Source of the DNA: Dehalococcoidia bacterium
GTDB lineage: Bacteria > Chloroflexota > Dehalococcoidia > Lucifugimonadales > GCA-002694895
Assembly: GCA_045564835.1 (NCBI GenBank)
Contig: JBJLGN010000021.1
Location: 1,073 to 65,072, forward strand
Reading direction: 5' to 3'
Length of the DNA stretch: 64,000 nt
In this document: one piece after another, positions 55,608 through 64,000 of the stretch
Layout of the letters: each line of letters opens with the position of its first letter
Position numbering within the stretch: the first letter of the stretch is position 1
Notes under the pieces: model-generated
Databases searched by the model: none
Told to the model about the DNA's origin: nothing
What the model saw: only the letters and a program-made list of their open reading frames with translations
Translations under genes and position numbers: made by a program

Positions 55608-57795
55608 AAATTATCTCTTGTTTATAAAATTCATTAATTTGTTTTTCAGAATAACCTAATTTACTTAAATAAAAATTATTGTGCTCACCTAAATCTGGGA
55701 ATTTAGATACATCAACCAAATCTAATCCAAAATCATATAAATTATGAGCCATCTCTAATGATATAAGTGAAGGATGAGAATTTTTATTTGACACTAAATC
55801 CCATGTCACAGGATTTTTTAAAAAATCATAATCGTCTTCTCTTGGATTAGTTACAATACATGAAAACATATCTTGTGAATTTAATTGGCTTATAATCATT
55901 GAAGATTTTTGTGAGTGAAAAAAACTTTCTAAATCAGAAATATTCATATTAAATTTTTGTTTAATAAAATCAAAAATATTTAGCCTAGTTAAATTTTTAC
56001 AATAAAAATATATCCAACCATCGCTTGTTTCATAAGCTCTATTAAAATCATCGACTCCATTTTGATCTTTATTAACAAATTTTGGAATATAATCTTTTTC
56101 AATAAAATCACTAATTCTTTTTGCATTCAATAACATCCCACCTGATAATAAATTTGTATTAACTATTGAACCTGAATTATTTTTAATTCGGTTATATAAA
56201 CCAACAATAGTTCCTAAAGCCGCCATCCCTCCAGCCGTAAAATCAGTAGGAGCTAACATTCCTAAAAACACAGGAGCCTCGCCGCCACCTTGTACAATTT
56301 GTAACCCTGTAATCGATTGAGCTATAGGGTCGAGTCCGGGTCTATTAACATAAGGCCCGTCATGTCCATATGCTGCTATATGTGTTTGAATTATGCCTGG
56401 ATTTAATTCATTCAAATCTTTCTTGCCTAATCCAACTCTTTCCGCTGCACCTGGTCGCATGTTTTCAAGAAAAATATCTACTTCCTTTATAAGTGATCTG
56501 GCAATTTCTTTGCCATCCTCAGTTTTAGTGTTAACAGAAATTCCTTTTTTATTGCGATTTAAATTTTGAAAATAACCTACACCTAACGGTCTCGATATTT
56601 CTCCATTAGGAGGCTCCATTTTAATTACTTCCACACCCAAGTTGGTAAGTATTCGGCCTGCTACAGGTCCAGCAATTACATTTGTAATCTCAAGGGATTT
56701 AAAGCCTTCTAAAGGTAGAGAAAATGAATCACGGGTAAAATCTGTTTTAATATCCGTATCAACGCCTTTTTCGACAGATACAAATTTGCCAATATTCTTT
56801 TTATCATTTTGTTCAAAAATCAATTTATTATGTAATATTTGCGGATCATTAATTGCTTCAGTTAAATTGTTAATTTTGTTATAAGGAACATCAGCTTCTT
56901 CGAAAATCTTACTCCATTCATCACAAGTTTTATTTTTCATTTTTTCTGCAATTAAATTGTATAATTTTGTAGCAATACTTATAAAGTTATCCCTGTCTCT
57001 GTTGTTTGGTTTGAAGATTGATTCAAATTCAGGATCAAATAGTATTTCAGGCATATCTATTGCTATTGCAGCTTTCTCTGAAAATCCTGAATGAATGCAA
57101 GCAAGTTGAATAAATCCATCTTTACATTCATAGCTACTATAAAACGGAACTCCTCCATAAGGTTTGGCAAAATCTCTCCATTTATCACCTTGATATGGAT
57201 TTGAAGCATATAACAATAATCCTCCAATCAAAGTAGAGTTTATTTTATATATTTGTTTTTTAGATATAATATTGGATATCAAAGTAGATACTATTGCTGT
57301 AGCTGAATTTATTCCACATCCAACACTCGTAATAGGATGCATTAAGTATTTAGGGCCAGGTTTTCCATGACCAGGTAATATTCGCATCTCCCCTGCTCTT
57401 GCAACAACTAATTCATCAATCATCAATTCATTTTTCAAATTAGAGTTTGATGGAAATGCTGATATATGACAAACAATTAAATTTGTATTATTTGAATCAC
57501 TGATCATTTTAGTTAAATTATTAAATTCATCTGATTCAATTTGAAAATCATGTATTAAAACAGACGCTGTGTTTAAAATTGATTTATCTAAATCAGTTAA
57601 ATCAGAATAATTTAATAATTTTTTATTTCTATTCCAAAAAGCATCTTTTTTAAAAGTTGATAACTTTTTGTTTACTAATTTAGAAACATCAGCTCCAAAA
57701 TCAGATAAAAACATTGAAGTTATATCACCTGAATAGTGATTTGTGAAATCTAAGATCTTGATTTCATTTAATATTTTAGTAACACTAGAATCCAT
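55594..57795 (-). CDS. Tandem (double-module) family III CoA-transferase (CaiB/BaiF)
   Basis: Two CaiB-like N-terminal motifs lie in one chain: ILDFTNHYSGDITSMFLSDFGADVSKL near residue 10 and LEITNVIAGPVAGRILTNLGVEVIKMEPPNG near residue 370. The second module has GLDPIAQSITG. At 733 aa it is about twice the normal length. Confidence 0.8.
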   Translation of the reverse strand: MDSSVTKILNEIKILDFTNHYSGDITSMFLSDFGADVSKLVNKKLSTFKKDAFWNRNKKLLNYSDLTDLDKSILNTASVLIHDFQIESDEFNNLTKMISDSNNTNLIVCHISAFPSNSNLKNELMIDELVVARAGEMRILPGHGKPGPKYLMHPITSVGCGINSATAIVSTLISNIISKKQIYKINSTLIGGLLLYASNPYQGDKWRDFAKPYGGVPFYSSYECKDGFIQLACIHSGFSEKAAIAIDMPEILFDPEFESIFKPNNRDRDNFISIATKLYNLIAEKMKNKTCDEWSKIFEEADVPYNKINNLTEAINDPQILHNKLIFEQNDKKNIGKFVSVEKGVDTDIKTDFTRDSFSLPLEGFKSLEITNVIAGPVAGRILTNLGVEVIKMEPPNGEISRPLGVGYFQNLNRNKKGISVNTKTEDGKEIARSLIKEVDIFLENMRPGAAERVGLGKKDLNELNPGIIQTHIAAYGHDGPYVNRPGLDPIAQSITGLQIVQGGGEAPVFLGMLAPTDFTAGGMAALGTIVGLYNRIKNNSGSIVNTNLLSGGMLLNAKRISDFIEKDYIPKFVNKDQNGVDDFNRAYETSDGWIYFYCKNLTRLNIFDFIKQKFNMNISDLESFFHSQKSSMIISQLNSQDMFSCIVTNPREDDYDFLKNPVTWDLVSNKNSHPSLISLEMAHNLYDFGLDLVDVSKFPDLGEHNNFYLSKLGYSEKQINEFYKQEIIFTED

Positions 57796-57885
57796 AACAA
57801 AATTTTACAGCCTTACAATATAAGTTCAATACATAAATTTATTTTTAAACAAACATATTATTAAAATTAAAGGAAAACGTGAATA

Positions 57886-58713
57886 ATGAAAAATCATCAA
57901 ATAATAAAACAAATCAATAATGGAAACTGCGTGTTTGGTACTATGCTTACAAATTCTGTATCACCAAGATGGGCTTCTCATTTTGAAAATATTGGCCTTG
58001 ATTATGTGGTGATAGATACTGAACACTCTCCTTATAATAGATCTGAAGTAGCAAATCTAATTAATTCTTTTAATTTATGTCAGGTTGCTCCGATCGTAAG
58101 AATTCCAGTTCCATATTCTCATTACGCAACAATGGGTCTGGATGCTGGAGCTGCAGGTATACTAGCACCTTACTGTGAGTCAAAATCCGAAGTTGAAGAA
58201 ATAGTAGGGGCAGTAAAATGGAAACCATTAAAAGGCAAACTATTAGATGATATTGTAACTAAAAATATCTTTCCAAGTGAAAAATCAAAAACATATCTTG
58301 AAAATCTTAATAAAAACAATATTTGTATTATTGGGATAGAAAGTGTTCCAGCAATAGAAAATTTAAACAATATATTAACAACAAAAGGGATAGATGCCAT
58401 ATTTGTTGGGCCTAATGATTTAAGTGTATCATTAGGAATTCCTAACGAGTATGAAAACAAATTATACGAAGATGCACTTAAAGAAATAATTCAAAAGTGT
58501 GAATCTAAGAATACTCCTGTAATGATCCATCATCAAACTACAACTCTTACAAGTAAATGGATCGGAAATGGAGCAAATTTTGTCTTATACACCTCAGATA
58601 AACGAACATCTCAAAATGGATTTGTTGAAGAATTTAAAGACATTAAAGACACTGCAATTACTCTTGGGAAATATAAAAGTATAGATAAAAATATTGAAGA
58701 AGAAATAGTGTAA
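57886..58713 (+). CDS. HpcH/HpaI-family class II (pyruvate) aldolase
   Basis: YVVIDTEHSPY motif, IVRIP, and the GPNDLS C-terminal motif. Confidence 0.8.
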   Translation: MKNHQIIKQINNGNCVFGTMLTNSVSPRWASHFENIGLDYVVIDTEHSPYNRSEVANLINSFNLCQVAPIVRIPVPYSHYATMGLDAGAAGILAPYCESKSEVEEIVGAVKWKPLKGKLLDDIVTKNIFPSEKSKTYLENLNKNNICIIGIESVPAIENLNNILTTKGIDAIFVGPNDLSVSLGIPNEYENKLYEDALKEIIQKCESKNTPVMIHHQTTTLTSKWIGNGANFVLYTSDKRTSQNGFVEEFKDIKDTAITLGKYKSIDKNIEEEIV

Positions 58714-58733
58714 AGAATTCAGAATCCGCTGTA

Positions 58734-59948
58734 TTAATCTTCATTTATTGAATCAATAGTTATTTTGTGTATTATTTTTGTAGAAAATATTATTAATAGT
58801 AAGATAAAAAATCCTGATATCGGTAAATATCTCATAGCTAGTTGAGCAGTATAATTTTCAGCGAAAACTCCATACAGAAATGATCCAATTGGTCCACTTC
58901 CTATACACATCGCAAGTATTCCCATTGCAATTCCTCTTTCTTTAGAAGTAGTTGTGATTTGTATTAATGAAGCTTGTGTAGCACCAAATCCTGCAATTCC
59001 CACTCCTACTACCCCATAAAGGATAAGGCTTAAAATATCGTATGTGGAAAAAGAATAAATAAATAAAAAAAACAAACAAAGAGATGTACAAAATCCAAAA
59101 ATCAAACCAATTCTTTTGGTATTTAAAATCATTAAACTTATAGAAGTAATTATTGATCCAACAGCTGCAGTGGATATAATAATTGAGCTGAAAGTTGATG
59201 ATTTTCCCAAAACTTCTACTGCTATAAATGGAAGAAGAGATTGTGACGGAAACATAAATATATTCATAATTATTGTTATGCCACAAACAGCTAACACAGC
59301 TTTGTTTTTGGAAATCAAAGTAATATAGTCTCTGATTTTAGTTTTGGTAGTTTTTAGAGATATTTCGTGATATGTATGTTCTATTGATATTGCGGATAAA
59401 AGATTGAAAAATAAAAACAGACATATTAAAAACAAAGCAGATGATGCACTAAAAATTGATAAAAATAACGCTGCCATTAAAGGGCCAATCAATGTGCTGA
59501 TTTGCCACAAAAATCCTTCGATAGCATTTCCTTTGACTATATAATTTCTACCAAGAATATCTAACATTAATTGTCTTTTGGCAGGAAAATCTATTACAAT
59601 TCCAGCACCATTAAGAAAAAGTGTAATGTAAACAATTGTTATATTTAGATAACCAAGCATTGAAAATAATGCCAAAGAAATCATTGATATTAACGACAAT
59701 AATCTTGCTATAATCATTATCGATTTGTTATTGTGTTTTGAGACGAGATTTCCTGAGAATCCACCAAGTAGAGACCACGGTAATGACCAACTAACATTTG
59801 CAAATGTTACTTTTAGTGGAGAGTCTGTTAGTTCATACATTATTATAATTATTAAAGGTATTTGAATCCAGAAAGACATAGATGAGGAAAATGACCCAAA
59901 AGCTAATTTAAGGTGATTAGGATTATAAATTGGATTGTTAGCTCGCAT
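58734..59948 (-). CDS. MFS transporter
   Basis: About 12 TM segments. Length 404 aa. Confidence 0.75.
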   Translation of the reverse strand: MRANNPIYNPNHLKLAFGSFSSSMSFWIQIPLIIIIMYELTDSPLKVTFANVSWSLPWSLLGGFSGNLVSKHNNKSIMIIARLLSLISMISLALFSMLGYLNITIVYITLFLNGAGIVIDFPAKRQLMLDILGRNYIVKGNAIEGFLWQISTLIGPLMAALFLSIFSASSALFLICLFLFFNLLSAISIEHTYHEISLKTTKTKIRDYITLISKNKAVLAVCGITIIMNIFMFPSQSLLPFIAVEVLGKSSTFSSIIISTAAVGSIITSISLMILNTKRIGLIFGFCTSLCLFFLFIYSFSTYDILSLILYGVVGVGIAGFGATQASLIQITTTSKERGIAMGILAMCIGSGPIGSFLYGVFAENYTAQLAMRYLPISGFFILLLIIFSTKIIHKITIDSINED

Positions 59949-60155
59949 GTTCCCACAAATATAATTAAAGCTGATCTAATCTAACATAATATTTGGTACG
60001 TAGGTTACGAAATGTTATATTAATTCACACAACACAAATGCTATTGTTGATAATTTCAGTATTTGTGATAAAAAAAAAACGAAGTAATTACATGTAGGGG
60101 TTATAAAATACGGAGCTCTTTTATAGCGCTGAATTGGTATTCAAAGTCTGCAAGA

Positions 60156-61334
<1,179 letters not shown>

Positions 61335-62177
61335 TTATAAATTCTGAGCTATTAGCAATAATCCCATACACAACAAAACAAGAGCTAATATCCTTATGAT
61401 CCATTTACCATTTAAATATTTACTAACTTGGGCTCCCATTTGGGCTCCAATTAATGCTCCTAGAGCCGCTGGAAGAAATAAATTGAAATCATAAAATCCT
61501 TGTATCCAATACACTAAAGTTCCGGCAAGTGATGTAAACAAAAGACTAAAGACTGACGTAGCAGTAGCGATTTTTACAGGAAATTTTGAAATATAAATTA
61601 ACAAAGGAGTTCTTATTATTCCTCCTCCGATACCAAAGAATGTTGCAATAAAACCTAGAAAAATGTTATAAAAAGCCGCTAATCCCATGCTAAAAGTATA
61701 TTCGTATTCTTGACCTTCTTTCGTGGTAATATTTCTCTTTTCACTTAAAAATTTATTGTTTAAATTTGTGATATTACCAGAGTCACCAGAAACATCATTT
61801 TTCATAGATTGATAGATCATAAATATAGTAATTAATATTAAAGTAACACCAAACATAATTTTAAAATTTGAAGTGTCAATCTGAATCAAAGTTAAAGCAG
61901 CCAATATACTGAATGGAATTCCAATCATACTGAATATAAATCCACTTTTTATATCTACAGTTCCAATATTCAGATATCGGTATGAACCTGAAATGCTATT
62001 TACAACTACACAAGCCAAAGAAGTCCCTATAATATTTTTTGCTCCTATAGAAGTGCCCATTGAAGTTTCAGTTAAAAGAAGTAAAGGGCCTAATATGGCA
62101 CTGCCTCCAGCTCCAATCAAAGTACCGAGAGTTGATGAAACCAAACTAGATAAAAAATAATAAATAATTAAAAACAT
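61335..62177 (-). CDS. TauE/SafE (TSUP) family anion exporter
   Basis: Eight TM helices in an internally duplicated 4+4 layout with Gly-rich helices. Its start overlaps the aroKB stop (TAATG). Confidence 0.75.
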   Translation of the reverse strand: MFLIIYYFLSSLVSSTLGTLIGAGGSAILGPLLLLTETSMGTSIGAKNIIGTSLACVVVNSISGSYRYLNIGTVDIKSGFIFSMIGIPFSILAALTLIQIDTSNFKIMFGVTLILITIFMIYQSMKNDVSGDSGNITNLNNKFLSEKRNITTKEGQEYEYTFSMGLAAFYNIFLGFIATFFGIGGGIIRTPLLIYISKFPVKIATATSVFSLLFTSLAGTLVYWIQGFYDFNLFLPAALGALIGAQMGAQVSKYLNGKWIIRILALVLLCMGLLLIAQNL

Positions 62178-63817
62178 TACATTTCACCAAATATTCTAAA
62201 TATTGTATCTTTATCGATATCATCTCTAACTACTGCTTTCCCTAAAGATTCTAATAAAATCCAATTGATTTTACCATTTTTAACTTTTTTGTCATTTTTA
62301 ATTAGCTCAAAGCATTTATCCCAATCTATATTGTCAGGAGAAACAGGCAAATCAAATTTTTGCAATATGTCATTATGTAATTTCAAATCTTTGTCAGAAA
62401 TCATATTAAGATGATTACTTAACTTAGCTGCAAATGACATGCCTATACTAACAGCTTCACCATGGGTATATTTCTCTAAATTAGTAGAACTCTCAATTGC
62501 ATGACCAAGTGTATGTCCATAATTGAGCATAATTCTAGAGCCATATTTTTCATTTTCATCCACAGTTACAATTTCACCTTTTATTTGAATACTCTTCTTT
62601 ATAATAGAACTAACATTATCATCAATCTTTTTATAATCTTGAATTTGTATCATTTTATCCAAAAGATCTCTGTCTCTTATAAATCCATGTTTAATTAATT
62701 CAGCCCAACCTGAACTTATTTGTCTGTTCGGCAATGTTCCAAGAGTGCTAAGATCGGAATATACTAAGGAAGGATTATAGAATGATCCAACTAAGTTTTT
62801 AATTTTATTGACATCAACAGCAGTTTTTCCACCGATAGATGAATCAGACATTGATAACAAAGTAGTTGGCACAAGTACAAATCTTATTCCTCTCATATAA
62901 GTTGACGATACAAATCCTGTAATATCTCCAACAACACCCCCTCCAACACCAATTAACACATCACCTCGGTCAGCATGTTCATATGAAAGCCATTCATATA
63001 TCTTAGAAGATATTGATAATGATTTACTAGTTTCACCTTGTGGGATGATAAAAGTTGTCGTTAATTTGCCAGCAAGTTCAAATTCTTGTTGAATTTTTCT
63101 CATATATGACTTAGATCCATCATCAGATAATAAATAAACTTTTTGCTTATTGATTATCTTATTCATAACTTCAGGTAGATATTTATAAATATCTAATCCT
63201 ACAAAAACTCCATACTGATTATTTTTTGATAGGACATTTGTACAAAAAGAATCAAATTTTTCAAAATGTAAAGAGTTTAATTGATCAACATATTTTTCAG
63301 CTTGGTAAACAATGTTATTGGCTACTTCTTCAACAGATAATTTATTAGTATTAATAGTAAAATCAGATTTAGCATATATATCAGACCTTTCTGATTTGAA
63401 TTGGATAATTTCAGGCAAACTTGATTGTATTAATTTGGGTCTCAAAGATTTTTCATTTTCTCCTTCGGAGCTTTGGTTTTGTAATCTTTTAATGATTATA
63501 TCTACTGACGCATCCAAAGTTAGTACGTATCCAGAATTATTCATTATATCGAAATTTGAATCCCTAATCGGCAATCCTCCTCCTGTAGATATAATGCAAT
63601 TGTTCTCTTCAGATAATTTTGCTAGTAGTTCAGATTCTTTATCCCTAAACCATTCTTCGCCATTTTTTTCAAAAATTTGACTTATTGGTTTACCAACTTG
63701 CTCTTCAATTATTTGATCCATATCAAATAATTTCCATCCTAATGCTGCAGCTGCTAACTTGGAAGCTGCAGACTTTCCTGTACCGGAAAAACCAATTATG
63801 TACAAAATTTTATTCAT
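62177..63817 (-). CDS. aroB: Bifunctional shikimate kinase / 3-dehydroquinate synthase
   Basis: N-terminal P-loop IIGFSGTGKSAASK (AroK). The C-terminal ~360 aa has GGGVVGDITGF and HTLGHAIE (AroB). Confidence 0.85.
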   Translation of the reverse strand: MNKILYIIGFSGTGKSAASKLAAAALGWKLFDMDQIIEEQVGKPISQIFEKNGEEWFRDKESELLAKLSEENNCIISTGGGLPIRDSNFDIMNNSGYVLTLDASVDIIIKRLQNQSSEGENEKSLRPKLIQSSLPEIIQFKSERSDIYAKSDFTINTNKLSVEEVANNIVYQAEKYVDQLNSLHFEKFDSFCTNVLSKNNQYGVFVGLDIYKYLPEVMNKIINKQKVYLLSDDGSKSYMRKIQQEFELAGKLTTTFIIPQGETSKSLSISSKIYEWLSYEHADRGDVLIGVGGGVVGDITGFVSSTYMRGIRFVLVPTTLLSMSDSSIGGKTAVDVNKIKNLVGSFYNPSLVYSDLSTLGTLPNRQISSGWAELIKHGFIRDRDLLDKMIQIQDYKKIDDNVSSIIKKSIQIKGEIVTVDENEKYGSRIMLNYGHTLGHAIESSTNLEKYTHGEAVSIGMSFAAKLSNHLNMISDKDLKLHNDILQKFDLPVSPDNIDWDKCFELIKNDKKVKNGKINWILLESLGKAVVRDDIDKDTIFRIFGEM

Positions 63818-63818
63818 A

Positions 63819-64000
63819 CTATTTTTTTAATAATTCTAAACATTTGTTTTTCATTTCTTCAAACGATGGTGTTAATCCTGTCCATAATTCAATGCTTTTA
63901 GAAGCTTGATATACTAACATATCTATTCCCTCAATAATATCAGCATTTTTACTGATTGCCATTGACATTAATTTAGTTACTCCTGGATTATATACCAAAT
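63819..64000 (-). CDS. aroE: Shikimate dehydrogenase, C-terminal part (5' end outside the window)
   Basis: Minus-strand translation ..YNPGVTKLMSMAISKNADIIEGIDMLVYQASKSIELWTGLTPSFEEM..* matches the AroE C-terminus. The stop is at 63819-63821, 1 nt from the aroKB start. Confidence 0.7.
   Translation of the reverse strand, partial: LVYNPGVTKLMSMAISKNADIIEGIDMLVYQASKSIELWTGLTPSFEEMKNKCLELLKK

Noticed and set aside
58942-59286. 114-aa same-strand alternative-frame ORF within the MFS transporter gene
   Set aside because: It is out of frame inside a 12-TM transporter CDS. The peptide is Tyr/Asn/Phe-rich low-complexity sequence, an artefact of AT-rich DNA.
59949-60155. Possible small RNA in the 207-bp tgt-MFS spacer (imperfect palindrome around GGTACGTAGGTTACG, plus an A10 run)
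   Set aside because: Only short, imperfect AT-rich pairings are present, and there is no convincing stem plus U-tract or known ncRNA signature. It is more likely just a terminator and promoter spacer.

Overview
This is a strongly AT-rich, tightly packed bacterial chromosomal segment with about 60 real CDS, many of them joined by 1-20 nt overlaps. It uses the standard genetic code, and TGA is clearly a stop. All calls come from reading the sequence and the ORF translations by eye; no searches were run.

Gene content, left to right:
- Partial rpsA (S1), a stand-alone 5S rRNA with its own consensus promoter, and a TlpA-like thiol-disulfide oxidoreductase.
- Gfo/Idh/MocA oxidoreductase and hydroxypyruvate isomerase.
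- A pterin-cofactor operon: moeA, moeA-PBP fusion, mobA, moaD-like, aldehyde:ferredoxin oxidoreductase (AOR), a NuoE/F-like subunit and a Cys-type formate dehydrogenase alpha subunit.
- alaX, lhgO, a PEP-utilizer-domain protein and an MFS transporter.
- A thioredoxin-fold, deiodinase-like gene interrupted by one in-frame TGA.
- A TPP enzyme, DUF1330, a pcs-like transferase, an OYE flavoenzyme, DUF1295, NhaD and a YHYH protein.
- A PHP / glutamine-synthetase-like / M20 cluster, then SDR, NIPSNAP, glpK and a lipid kinase.
- aapJQMP amino-acid ABC transporter, a hydrolase, GIY-YIG, 2-hydroxyacid dehydrogenase and hydantoinase.
- hisIE-F-A-H divergent from hisG-B, followed by an MBOAT gene and a partner ORF.
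- A 0.9 kb non-coding-looking gap ending in tRNA-Gly(UCC).
- A catabolic block: SDR, amidohydrolase, PTE-like protein, coaE, a double CaiB CoA-transferase, HpcH aldolase and an MFS transporter.
- tgt, tauE-like, aroK-aroB fusion and partial aroE.

Most interesting observations:
1. The split ORF pair 18514..19284 is best read as one selenoprotein. It has a UxxC motif in a deiodinase-like FGSxTU context, and an isolated GC-rich hairpin starts 11 nt after the UGA.
2. The gap next to tRNA-Gly holds an unannotated 34-aa peptide gene with 11 Cys, its own RBS and terminator. Six tandem 19-20 bp repeats lie upstream of it, and the gap is bracketed by a decayed tRNA-Gly 3' half.
3. AOR, a NuoE/F-like diaphorase and an FdsA-like subunit are translationally coupled in one operon, together with dedicated cofactor genes.
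4. The 5S rRNA is unlinked from any 23S gene.

SBP lipobox anchoring and the paralog-rich catabolic content hint at a streamlined marine monoderm-like lineage. That taxonomic idea is speculation.
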